Origin: Adineta vaga
Lineage: Eukaryota; Animalia; Rotifera
Assembly: GCA_021613535.1 (NCBI GenBank)
Contig: CP075493.1
Location: 3,968,001 to 4,032,000 of the forward strand
Length of the DNA stretch: 64,000 bases
Reading direction: 5' to 3'
Below, piece after piece: positions 27,554 through 39,902 of the stretch. The position numbers and the translations under genes were made by a program. The notes beneath the pieces were generated by a model. The model had not been told where the DNA came from, did no database searches, and saw only the letters and a list, made by a program, of their open reading frames with translations. Numbering within the stretch: position 1 is the first letter of the stretch; every line of letters starts with the position of its first letter.

Positions 27554-27725
27554 AAGGTCATATGGACAATGGTTAGAGAATATCCATTAAGATCAAAGTA
27601 AATGATAGCCTAGTGTGTTCTAATCAGATTTTCTGAATAGAAAAAAGGAATCAATTGATCGTCTTTGTCATACGGCACACTAGAAGAAAAATATCTAGAC
27701 TATCCATTTTCATTAGTAATATGCG

Positions 27726-28463
27726 CTACAGATGTTTTACCAGAGAACAAAACTTAAGCGCTCGGTCATAGTGTCTTTGGGCTTCAAATTCATTATTACC
27801 GTCTTCTCTTTGTTGATCACCTAATTCTTCCGAAAAAAGTGTCAAATCAATAAATAACTTTACCAGAAGACGCGTATCATCATCAAATATGCCATCCACT
27901 CTTGCATATGATCTTACAAACCGTTGTATAGTCAATATTTCTGTGGATAAACAACGAATCAGAATTGATTGAACACTATCATAATTATGACTACGAGAGA
28001 TAAGTTCCCTACAATTAACAGGCGACTGTAATATAAGAGATGCTATGGTTATCGATGGGTTTAAATCTAGCCATTGCCATAAATAATCTTCGATTGAAAA
28101 GAAAATTAATGTAATATCTATATCTTTCAAATAATGAATCAGTTTAGTCCGTAGAGTTGATTGACATTGACTGAAATAAATTACAATCGGTGCATTTGAA
28201 GAAACTAAAATTCGAAAAAGAACAAATTAATAACCATCATGTACTAAATCGTAGTCGAGCAATAGTTTTTTTCATCTCTGAATCTATTTCCTACCATTGC
28301 CGTAAACAACTTCAAATGGTTCATAACGCTGTTTTACTGGGCAAATAAATCTATCATCGTCATCATTATTATTGATAGTTGTAGCATTGTTCAATAATAC
28401 GGATTCAGATAAAATCCTCGTTGGGTACTCAACAACAGATAATTTATCTACCAAGAGTGACAT
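27726..28463 (-). CDS. Pseudo-receiver-like domain protein with C-terminal TPR-like helix pair, 2 coding exons
   Basis: MSLLVDK...YGN|VSSNAPIVIYF...LKDIDITLIFF joins ORFs 28284-28493 and 27726-28130 in frame. The alpha/beta pattern (VQSILIRC...VDGIFDD..LLVKL) resembles 41688-42116. Confidence 0.6.
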
Positions 28464-28647
28464 GGATAAAGAAGTGGGTTTTTCTTCGAACAAAAAGAAA
28501 TATCTAAAACCAGAACTATGTACGTCATAAATATGTTAACTTTGAAAGTCGTTATGATAAAGAGATGCTTTTTCTATACTATATGAAAAAAAAACAAATA
28601 GTATAAAACAAAAATATAAGAAAAAATCTTACTCATGCGATAGCAAG

Positions 28648-28661
28648 TTGGAAATTTCCAA
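28648..28661. promoter_or_regulatory. kappaB/NFAT-like perfect palindrome TTGGAAATTTCCAA
   Basis: 14-bp palindrome ~190 bp upstream of the ATG at 28463. Confidence 0.3.
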
Positions 28662-29441
28662 GTTCTTATGCAACAGTTGATAAATGTATTTTCTATGAGA
28701 TCTTAGTATAAATCATACCGCCTTGGTATGTTACGGTGCTAAATTTCACAAACAATCGTATCTATTATAGCCTATAATACTAATTAAACTCTCTAACAAT
28801 ATCGTTCTTTTCACTTACCTACTTTTTCGTTTCTGTTCCATAAACGTTATTTAGTTAATTATGCGAAAATATTTAAACTTATGCAACAACTCAATAATAC
28901 CAGTTCTAAACTTCTCAATTTCGCCGTAATAAAACCATAATCAACCGTCTACAAATCTTAAAAATGAAAAATAAAAAGTGAGAGAACAAAAACATAACGT
29001 TCGTAACGACTACATCGCAATTGAGAAAAAACCCAGTCAATTTTCCCAGTTACGTCATTAATATGCTTAAAGATACTTGAATTATAGTGAAAACATGGCA
29101 ACATGTGGCGATGTTTTTTAATCAAGTTTTAAAAAAATGTGAAATAAAGCAGCCTTTTCTTTTCACATATTACTTACAGAACAGAAGGTTAGACAAGATT
29201 GTAAAAGATAAGCCATGTGTCATTAGACGCAGACAATGTCCACAAAGATGAATGCAAAAGAATTGAAATTATAACGTTTAGTATATTTTTTATAAAAAAA
29301 AGTTGAAGATTTGGTGAAAAATCCGTTGCATTAAGTCATTTTAATGAATTAGAACAGGATTAATGCTACACACATCTGAGTTATCGAACGATATCGATGA
29401 ATTTATTATTTATAAAAAAATATGTTCCAAATATAAAATGA

Positions 29442-30815
29442 CTATATTTTCAAACTCTGATCTAATATTTCTTGATCATCTCGTTTCGTATTGACCTTTA
29501 ATTGTTCATCAATGTGTGTAAAGTGTTCTAATGTTCGATGTCGAATGGCATCTTGTATATGGATCGGTAATGCAATATCATCCATCATCGTATATGGTAA
29601 AGGTATCTTCTGTTTACCATCAAAGTTAATGGTAGCATTCAGAAACATCGTGTTATTACGAACATAATTATTTTCTGATCGGTGAATGAATGCTAGTGGA
29701 CAAAATTTCAGTATCCCATAGGCAATATTCATTCCTACACTTGGTTTTTGAATGTCTGTCAATATTGTATCGGGATAGAGAGTATCAACAATATGTTGTT
29801 TTCTACCAGTTTGATCATAGAGACAAAATGTTATTGAAAAATTAAATGGCCATTTCAATAGCACGTCATAATCTCCTTCGAAGAAAACAAGAAATACAGA
29901 TGTATGTGTGCCATAAGCATCACCAACACCATTCATATCCATTGCGTATTCGCATATTGTATCCAACTGGTGACGAATAGAACAATGGAGAATATATTGA
30001 TATTTGTCGTTCCGATCGTGCATCTTCTGAAACGGCAAAGTTACAAGATATTTCTTTAAAGAAATCGATACGTACCATATTTTTCAGCAACATCAGTAAT
30101 TTTCCAAACGAAGGAACCATTTGTGGAAGTACAATGAATATCTTGTATTTTTTGTTCAAGTGTAAGAAAATTTTGTTTTAATGCATCTTGCATCATTAGC
30201 ACCCGTTTAATATCAATATTCGTTTGCGATACTGAACATTTTTCTCTTAAATATTGTAAAGCATCCGTACAATTAATTACTTTATCCTCGAGATGTTGAA
30301 TATCGTTCTTGACGTTTTGTATTTCTTGCATAAGATTGTTAACAGTTTTGGGTTTCGAAAATGAAAGATGTAATTCCATACGCATTGTAAGGAAGGTTTC
30401 AACATCATTCTACAACTCACATAATTCAGATTTTATCCAGTTAAAGAACATTATAAATACCAATTCATTTGAATCGTACGATTCGTCAACATAATTGTCC
30501 CAAAGACCAAACAAATGACCCTTCCAGAGAGGATAGTATATAAGACTGAATAAAAAAAAATGAACTTACTAAGATCATGGACATCCTCTTTTGGCATTCT
30601 ATACATACATGAAAATTCCTCGGAATGAATGATATATAGTTACGATTAAGTTTACATGTTCAATTCTCTTACATTTCATTCTCGACGTCTACCAATAAGT
30701 CGAACAAATTTCGCTCAGTCAAAACAGGAAAATTATCGACATTTATGGTATTACTACTTTCGAATGTTGAGTCAAATGAAAAATATTCACTTGTAGAATA
30801 GGCTTTCTGCTTCAT
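29442..30815 (-). pseudogene. Second TRAF-like gene (coiled coil + MATH, no RING seen), frameshifted in MATH: pseudogene or assembly error
   Basis: NGSFVWKITDV..|EDARSERQISIYSPLFYSSPVGYNMRIR, then a +1 shift at ~29942 to MDMNGVGDAYGTHTSVF..LKWPF..FCLYDQ. 5' exons are uncertain. Confidence 0.65.
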
Positions 30816-31411
30816 TGTAGCTATACAATTATTTACGATAATACTGAACCTAAAACTTAACGAATAAAACAAATAGAAGCTATGTTTGCAGATCTCATGA
30901 ATATCTATCGTAAGTTGATATTTTTCCACTTATGATCATGCAGATAATTTCTTTCTTCTCTTTTATATTTAGAACAAAACTTCTAGAACAGAAAATATTC
31001 TTCCTATGCTTGTGTCATGCTTTTATTTACTATGAATGTAGTTATGGTGTCTCTTTCCTACTTATCATGATGTAGATGTTAATTTCTGCATTCTTTTTCT
31101 TTTCTTTGACAGTCACTCACATATCCTGAAAAGAAACACTAAACTTTAAAAGAATTCTGCGTTACATTAGCGTACATGATTCAACATGCAGTTGGTAATT
31201 CACATAAAGAGCCCGATTGTTTTCTCGTTCTTTTTTATGACTCAGTATATTCACTACCAGTTACTGTGAAACTAAATGTGCAAACTTTTAGTCATTTCAA
31301 ACGGGAGCAAAATAGTCAAAAAAAAAGTATTTTTTAAATTGAATAATTTCCATTTCAGTAGTTTATTAACATACATTTATTTACTATAAATAATTCCACA
31401 ACAGATAGATA

Positions 31412-31835
31412 TCAGATTTTCATCCAAGAACTCGTTGTATACCATTGTCCATTTTTAATATTCTTTTTAATCCATCGTATTGTATGAGTTTGTTTATCAT
31501 CATTATTAATCTCTAATAATCCACGATATTGATACAATGAACCACCATCCGGTAGCATCAAACTTAAATCCACAATCGCACCATTCAAACGTGCTTGTGC
31601 ATAAGCACCAGTCGATGACGTACCAATCAAATAACTTGATTTACCATTATATACATAATCAAAATGCATACATGAACCATATTTTGTATCCCGCCATGTA
31701 CCTACTAATGAATGTGAATCGCATAACTAAGAAGAGAAAAACAGTTTTTATTCGATTTCATCGATAATAATTATTACTTACATCGGATGGATGTGGTTCA
31801 GAAATGTAAATATCATTTGTTTGCATATTACCCAT
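31412..31835 (-). CDS. Small orphan beta-rich protein with N-terminal MG (possible myristoylation), 2 exons
   Basis: MGNMQTNDIYISEPHPSD|LCDSHSLVGTWRD... joins in frame to ORF 31412-31669. Confidence 0.55.
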
Positions 31836-32483
31836 GATGAAAAGATGAATAATCTTTCTCATACGTTATCTGTTTATATATATATATACACGAAATCAAA
31901 TATACATAGAATAGTCCATAGTAAGAACTGACGAAAAACATGAATGAATAGAATACTTTCATTCACAATAGACGACCGTGTCAAACAAGATGAATGCTCT
32001 TCGGTCACATCAATTATCTTTTCGATGAGAGAGAATTCTTGTTATTCTTCTTTCACACAAATATCTGATTTATTTTGTTGTTTTTTTTTTCATCTTAAAA
32101 TCGATCATTGTTGTTAAATAGTTTTCAAAAACATCAAACAATCTATTCGATAGATTTATTTTTTCTTTATTATCATCGTCTCTGAAGAAATCTTTCCTAT
32201 ATACCAGAAGATTCTATGCTAACAAAAAGCAATAATGTCGAACAGATATTATGTTTCAGTTAAAGTCTTCTATCCTAATTCTATGTAGCAGAATGTATGT
32301 GTAATTATATATGAAAAAGAAAAAACGCTTCGATTATTTATCCATTTCTTTCTCGAATCTATTCAGACAAGTAGATAATGATGATAAACATCAGATGATG
32401 TAATCAAGCATGAAAGAACTTTCTCGAAGATTTTCATTTGATTGGTAACAATCATTTGGTGTCCCATTTGAAACATTGATAAC

Positions 32484-33086
32484 ATGGCAACATTTCATAA
32501 TTTTCAAAGAATTTTTAATTCATCCTTTGAATTCTATGGTCTTTCCGAATGGTTATTAGAAATCATGCCGGATAATGTTAATCTTAATCATTCAAATACG
32601 AAACATTCTTCTAATGGTTGGATCTTTCGACGACACAATGCTCGTTCAAACTTTATTTGTGTCAATTGTACTGAATCAAAATCTTACCCTTATAAATCTA
32701 AAAAGAAAAAAATCAATAGTTGGTCATCTGCATTTACAACGATTCTTTTTCGAGCACGATTAGATCAATCACATAATGGTCAACTGATCGGTCGAATTCA
32801 AATGAAAATCTTCGAACAAGGTTGTCATACATGTAATATGTACAGTACAGGAATTCTCGATGATAAAGAAATCAAAAAAACATTCTACCGATTATATCTT
32901 TGGATATTGAAAACATTCTACAACGAAGAATTTCTTGACAACGATGATGATGATGATTATAATTATGAAGACAATCAATATAATCAACATCGAACAAAAA
33001 TTTCACATGATTCTAGTCGTTGTGATGGCTGCCGATTAGGATGGTGTAAAGCTTTGTATACAAATCGATATAGTTCGAAAAAATGA
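32484..33086 (+). CDS. zf-3CxxC (receptor-transporting protein, RTP-like) zinc-binding protein
   Basis: FICVNC...WSS...QGCHTC...HDSSRCDGCRLGWC. No TM anchor. Confidence 0.85.
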   Translation: MATFHNFQRIFNSSFEFYGLSEWLLEIMPDNVNLNHSNTKHSSNGWIFRRHNARSNFICVNCTESKSYPYKSKKKKINSWSSAFTTILFRARLDQSHNGQLIGRIQMKIFEQGCHTCNMYSTGILDDKEIKKTFYRLYLWILKTFYNEEFLDNDDDDDYNYEDNQYNQHRTKISHDSSRCDGCRLGWCKALYTNRYSSKK

Positions 33087-34019
33087 AACAATATAATCAG
33101 CGCGTTTTTGATTTTTCTATGATATTATATTTTCTTTTCTTTTTCTTCAATTTCTTTTTGAAAAATCTTCATGGAAATTGTTTGAAATTTAACTCTTATG
33201 AAAGAAATATTACTGGAAATTCATGTTATTTAGTTGTATCGAATCATACGATTTATAAGAAATGTTTAAATTGTTGGATATATGAACAACTCTCATCAGA
33301 CGAGACAATATCGCCAGAAAATGATTGTTTACTAAAGATAGAACTTCATTGTATAGATATATCTTTTCGAAATATTCAATTATATGAAAATTTTACCTTA
33401 CGATTCATTAATATTATCAATTCATTATTTGATAAAGAAAATTTCACTGATAAATCAACACGAAATTTCCTTATAATTCGAATTTTAAATGGTACATCAA
33501 ATAGATTTCAGTTCAATACATTTCAAATATTAAATAATGCTGAAAACCGACGCTATTGTTGTTTACAATTTGCTATATATTATCAAAAGGATCAGTTCAC
33601 ACTCAATGTCGATCATGATATACAAAATATGACATTATCTTTTCTTCAATTAGCCATCTTCTGTCATGGAACAGGAGTCTCTGAGTATCTTTACATACCA
33701 AGTGAGAATCTTCAACCAACAATAGATAAATTAATATGTAAAATTCCTGATATTCTTATAAATACAACGAGATCAATTGAAATAATTACTACTACCTACT
33801 ACAACGATGACGACGAAAAAAAGTCCAAAGAAACTCGCCCTTATTGTTAGTGTTATTGGTGGTGGAAGTTTATTGCCATTTTTTTTACTTGCTTGTTGTA
33901 TTTATATTTTATGTAGACGAAATACTCAACAGGAGGAGGAGGAGGAAGATGATATACTAGCGGGAAGTATGTCATCGGATGAAACTGCTTCAATAACAAG
34001 TCAATACAGTGTATCTTAA
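33083..34019 (+). CDS. Orphan type I membrane protein with Cys-rich ectodomain (1-nt frameshift at ~33795); paralogue of 34110-35069
   Basis: Signal-like MILYFLFFFF..HGNCL and a Thr-rich stalk. The TM and acidic tail lie in the next frame (33807-34019). Start is at 33083 or 33119. Confidence 0.65.
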
Positions 34020-34109
34020 TCGATTTCTTGTTTTTTTATATAAATAAAACTTCTGTCATACAATCTCTTGTGAATTAAGATATTTCTATTCAAATGAAAA
34101 CAGCGCAAA

Positions 34110-35069
34110 ATGATTTGTTCTCTTCTTGCTATGATATTTTTTCTTTTTTTTCAAATTTTTCCATCTCTTCATGGTGATTGTCTCGAATTTTCTAATAAGA
34201 CTTTACGAAGCGAATGTTTCATCATATATAATACAAATCATAGTGTTCAGTTCGAAGATTCTTATTCCGAATGTTTACGATGTCAAATTCATACATTAAT
34301 TCAATCAAACGAGATTGAATTTGAAAATATCAATGAATGTTTAACTATTAAACTTCAATGTATTCAATTTCTATTCGATAATCAGAAGATTTTTGAAGAA
34401 TTTTTAAATCTTCATCAAGAATATATCTATAAATTATTCTATAAAGAGAATACAACAGCTCGAAATACTCTTCATATCATATTAAAAGAACATCAATTCA
34501 AAGAAATTAATCAAGAATATATTGAAAATTATTTTCCAATCGAATTTCAAGCATATCGTGTGTTATTTTTTGAAATTTATATTCATAATACAATGATTAT
34601 TATTGATGAAGATTTAATGAATTTAACTCGTTTATCAATAAAGATTATTTTGAATTGTGTAAATAATAATCAACAACGATTACAAACGATTTATATTATT
34701 CATAATCAAAATATTAGTTTAGAAAGTAAAGAAGATTTTTGTTCATTACTTCTGACACCTTTACTAACAACAACATTGAAAACATCCATTACAGAATTAT
34801 TATTAATATCTGAAAATCAAATGAAAGATTTTAATCGATTTCCAATTCTATTTACATGTTTTATATTTAGTCTATTATTAATTCTCTACTTAATCTATTA
34901 TTTAAAACATAAACGTGTGAAATCATTGACAAAAACGAATATATCAAGTGAATCAACCGTAAGTTTAGAAACACCCATATCCATCGACGAAAAACCTAAA
35001 GTAAGTTTGAAAATCAAACCATCAAAACGAACCGTTCGTACAATACAATTAATCAATGATGAGATTTGA
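34110..35069 (+). CDS. Orphan type I membrane protein with Cys-rich ectodomain
   Basis: Signal peptide, HGDCL, CLRC, ECLTIKLQCI (cf. HGNCL, CLNC, DCLLKIELHCI in the neighbour), TM segment and Ser-rich tail. Confidence 0.7.
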   Translation: MICSLLAMIFFLFFQIFPSLHGDCLEFSNKTLRSECFIIYNTNHSVQFEDSYSECLRCQIHTLIQSNEIEFENINECLTIKLQCIQFLFDNQKIFEEFLNLHQEYIYKLFYKENTTARNTLHIILKEHQFKEINQEYIENYFPIEFQAYRVLFFEIYIHNTMIIIDEDLMNLTRLSIKIILNCVNNNQQRLQTIYIIHNQNISLESKEDFCSLLLTPLLTTTLKTSITELLLISENQMKDFNRFPILFTCFIFSLLLILYLIYYLKHKRVKSLTKTNISSESTVSLETPISIDEKPKVSLKIKPSKRTVRTIQLINDEI

Positions 35070-35278
35070 TTGTTTTGTTTTCGCATATATTATTGAAAGT
35101 TTATTGAAGAAGCAAAGGAATAATCATGTTTACATGTACATATATATTTCATATTAATAACGTTCATAATAGCTTAATTAAAATGAGAGAAAGAACGAGA
35201 GTGTATATTCGAAAAAGAAAAAAGAAGAGAGAATGCTGTTCAGTTTATATACAAAAATCAAAATGTTCATTTGTTATT

Positions 35279-37388
35279 TTAAGCAAAATGATTTTCAATA
35301 TGATCCTTCTTGTTTTCAAGAGTTAAATGATGAGGAAATTCCCAATAACACATTGGACATTCGCGAATTTCTTCATTAGAATTTGTTGAAGTTAATGGTT
35401 TACTTTCTTCTACTTCTTCTTCTTGTTGTTCTTCGTTATCAACATCATCATTATCCTCTTCGATATCTTCTTCTACTTGAGGTTTTTGTTGATCTTGTTG
35501 TTGAAGTTCATAAGAATTACGAAGAAGAGTTACTAAAGCTTCTTCATTAAGACCAGTTTCATTTGATAATGTTGTTGGATTCGATTTTGGTAATGAAGAA
35601 GATGACGATTGAAGATTTACTTTTGTAATCATACGTTCAAGTGCTGCATATTTACGATAAAGAGTCTTATATTCATCAGCACCAGCTAATAATCGTTCTG
35701 TTAAATCTTGATTCTTATTTTCTAATTCAACCTAGTAATAACAAAGAGAAAAATTTTGTAAATCTTTTTTTCTCATTTCTTACGATAAGTTCCTTGTAAG
35801 TTGTTAATTGTTTCTTCACTTCAATTTCACTCTTTTGATGTTTAACACAACGTTTTTCAATTTCATTAAATGAATTTTTCAAAAGTGTGAAATCATTTGT
35901 ATTGCCTTGAGTTTGTTGTAATTCTTTACGAAGTATTTCTAATTCAGTCTGTTTCTAAATAAATTAAAATAAGAAAATGATAATTTAATTTTTCAAATTT
36001 TTTACTTGTTGAGTTTGTGTTTGATATTCTCCATTCATAACATCAATTTGTTGTTGTAAATCTTTAATTAATTGTTTATCTTCTTTTGCCATAGCCAAGA
36101 GAAATGTATTATCAGCTTTAATTGATTGAAATTCTTCTTTTAATAAACTATTGGCAGATTCTAATGCATGAATTTGATTTTCTTGTTGAGCAGCTTGTTT
36201 ATTATAAGCATCGATTTGTCCTTGAATAGATTTTTGATATTTTTCACTTGTTAAACGTAAATCACATAATTGTTGTTCCAATTGTGTTTGATATTGATTG
36301 GCTGTTTTAACTAATTCATTCGATTTTAATAAACGTTTTTCTAAATCATTTATTTTTGTTAATTGTTCATTGGTTAATTGAGTTGTTGCTGTCATTTGTA
36401 ATTGTAATTTTGTCATATCATTCGTTAATTCTTGATTCGTTTCATTAAGTACACTACAACGTTTAGCAAATTGTAATGATTCAGTTTTATATTGCTCACA
36501 TAGAACACCACAAGCATCATATTCAGCACGTAATTTCGCTTCAACTTGTTGACGAGTCGTCAATTCATCAATAGTTGCTCTATGAGTTGCAGCAAGAACC
36601 TAATATTCAGAAGAAGAAAAACGATTTCAAATCTGTCTTTATAATGAGAAAAGTTTGAGAATGACGTACTTGCATATCAGCTTGAAATTTATTCATATAT
36701 TCATTGGTTTTCAAATTACATAACTCAACTTTTGCTTTTAATTCATCTTTCTGTTGTTCTAAACGTCGATTCATATCTAATAAATGACGATTTTCTTGAC
36801 GTAATTTCTCTTCAACCAACATGCTCTTCGTGTGAATAACAACAAGATCATCATTATCATAATCATTTAATGCAATTAAACCGTCATTTGTTGATTTCAT
36901 TGACGATTTTTCACCTATTGTACTTGTTAATAAATCAATATCATCAATTGAACAATTTAGTTGAAAAGGAATTGATGAACCGAAGTATTTTCGTTTGTTT
37001 CGAAGGTAACAAAATTGATAGAATTCATCATCACTTGTTGGTAATAGTGAAGATGAAAATACAGCTGTACCATGACAAGTTGTTTCAACGGAATTTATTG
37101 ATGATTTCATTTGAATAGGTGCATATGCTAAACATTCTTGAATATTTGTACAACCAGCCTAAAAGAAAAGAATAATAACTTTCGTAAGTCCAAATTGAAT
37201 AAACATACACGTAATAAACCAATAGAATCTTCAGTGAGATCGATTTTTTCATCATTCAAGATTGTAAAATGAACAGTAAGATCTTCGCCTTTGACATATT
37301 GATCGGCAACATTTTCGAAGACAACTTGATCTTGTCGTTCATCGATATTTGAATTTGTTGATGGACGATGAATAGTAATTTCCGACAT
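35279..37388 (-). CDS. TAX1BP1/CALCOCO2(NDP52)-like selective autophagy receptor (SKICH, LIR, coiled coil, UBZ)
   Basis: QVVFENVADQY..DSIGLLRVG..EFYQFCY..GSSIPFQL (SKICH), DDLVVI, a long coiled coil, and terminal CPMC..HIENHFA*. Multi-exon. Confidence 0.88.
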
Positions 37389-37951
37389 ATTTATGTTAAT
37401 TCAATAGACAAATAAAGATTAGATCTAAAAAAAATCAACATAGTAGAAACGATAAACACGAATAGACGGATGATAATTTTCCTTTTTTCTTTTTGTTGTT
37501 ATAAAAGTAAATGAAATGGCTGACTGACTGACTTAATAGAATATCGAATATAACACAAGTGCGCATAAGTGTCGAACTTTTATCTCAAAAGAACGCATAT
37601 GCGTGATTATTTTTTGTGGCAAGACAGAATAGTCTAAAGTTGAAATGGAAAATTTTCTTTAAAAATGAAATACAAAAACACCTGACTTTTTCAGTTTTTA
37701 ATCACGAAAGATTTTTTTTGTATTTATTCATGATGAGCGACATCTATCGAATAGACAAATCTCATCATAATTGAGGCTTTGACATAAACATAGAAAATGG
37801 TCTATATAATCGAGTCGCGAAAAGAGAGAAAATGTTCGTAATATACAGAAAAACACATATAGGAATATACTTGTAGATTATTTATTTATTATCAAAATTA
37901 CTTCGTTGTTTTTCTACTGATATAAAAAAAAACATTCGATAAACTACAAAC

Positions 37952-39305
37952 ATGGTATGAAAAGATAGATTCATTGATGAGTAATTTTCATTCAAAGTTC
38001 TTTCATTATTTAGGGAAACATGACTTCAATTCCCGTTGAGCTTTGTGCTACATGTAAACTAGCTTTTCATAGAATGAATATCAATTGTTTGTTTGTTTGT
38101 TTTTCTATCTTTAATAGTTGATGCGGATGAAATACGTCGGTTAGGGAAACGTTTCAAGAAACTAGATGTTGATGGTAGCGGTTCATTGAGTGTCCAAGAA
38201 TTTATGTCTATACCTGAATTACAACAAAATCCACTTGTTCAACGTGTGATTGATATATTTGATACAGATGGAAATGGTGAAATTGATTTTAAAGGTAACA
38301 ATTTCTTTTCAAGGTCAAAAAACAAATTTCATTCGAGCTTTGTTTTTCAATTAGAATTTATTGGTGGAATCTCACAATTTAGTGTAAAAGGAGATAAAGA
38401 ATCAAAATTAAGATGTATGTTTTCGAAGAAGAAGAAAAAAAAACACGAAGTTTAATGATAAAAATTATTCTTTTAGTTGCATTCAAAATTTATGATATGG
38501 ATAAAGATGGATATATATCCAATGGTATGTATATTAAGAGAAGGAGGGACTTTTTAGTTGAATGGAAAGAAGAGTTAAAGAAGAACGTCCTTTGTTCGAT
38601 TCTATGTGAGCTCGTAATTCGAACTTGTCTGATCTTTCATGCAGACTCGTTTTGCAATGTGAGCTGAAAGAAAATCTGTGTATCTATCAAACAGATAAAT
38701 TCTCTTTCAAATCTTGAGCTTATCTGAAGTTGAACACAAACACGAATTTTCATTCTTTTTTTTTCTTTAGGAGAATTATTTCAAGTATTGAAAATGATGG
38801 TTGGCTCGAATTTAAAAGATTCTCAGTTACAACAAATTGTTGATAAAGTAAATTTATCATAGAAAAATTTCATAATTCAATTGTTCTCTGTTTTAAATAG
38901 ACAATAATCAATGCTGACAAAGATGGTGATGGAAAAATAAGTTTTGACGAATTTTGTGCCGTAAGTTATCGAAGAAAAATCTTCTTCTCTTCATCTTTTC
39001 AATTACATCATTCACTAGTTTATCCCTACATATGAGCTCAATATAAGTCTGCCGAGTAACATCAAAATCTAAAATAAACTTTTTCGGTAACTCATTGTTT
39101 TTGTTGCATTGTCTATGTGTTCAATATTGTTCGTATTAGTCGTAGAAAGTTTTGTTATTGTTATGAATTTTTAGTGATAGAAAATATTCATCAAAAAAAT
39201 TTATCATTAATTCTTACTTGGTTTTTTTTTTCTTTCTATTTATTTTAGTGTGTTGGTGATTCATTAATTGATGATATTCAAAAGAAAATGACAGTCACTG
39301 TATAA
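37952..39305 (+). CDS. PPP3R1: Calcineurin regulatory subunit B
   Basis: ATG-only first exon, then GNMTS..., [69 protein letters not shown]. Four EF-hands; stop at 39303-39305. Confidence 0.96.
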
Positions 39306-39902
39306 AAAGAACTCGAACTCGAAATCAAATTATTTATTTATACACGCAAATAAACACACATTATGCTCAGTGTACGCTCATCTCTATTTCTTTTGAATTC
39401 ATTCTTTATGTACACGTATATACATTGTACTGATACTCTTCATTTTTTTTTCAATGTTCTCTTCTGCTATTTCTTCTCATACAAATGTGTTTTATTCGAA
39501 TCTCGCCATGTTTTCTTTCTCTCTTTTCTTTTTGTATGCATGCAAGTTCAGGACAACCAAACAGTGAGATTAATCCATATATATATATATATACATACAT
39601 ATATTATTCTAATATTCTCTTGTGTATTGTGATGTGATTTAGTTTTTAGTACTGTCAAATTTTCTTCTTTTTTTTCTTCTCATTTCAATTGACTAACAAG
39701 AACAAAGAGCGATCGAAGATAAGATTCTCTCTACTTATTCTAACAGAAAAACAAAATTCGCAATAAAAATAAAAACAAAATTCTTTAATATCAGTTCATT
39801 ATCAGTGAGATAAGAATATTCTAAGATGAATGAAGTAAAAAGATCTTGTTTATCAATGATATTATTTCATGTTAACCTTTTTACTTTTCATCCTTGTTTA
39901 AC

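Noticed and set aside
38527-38770. Long calcineurin B intron with weak hairpins, possible intronic snoRNA
   Set aside because: No convincing C/D or H/ACA box arrangement; would need an Infernal/Rfam search.
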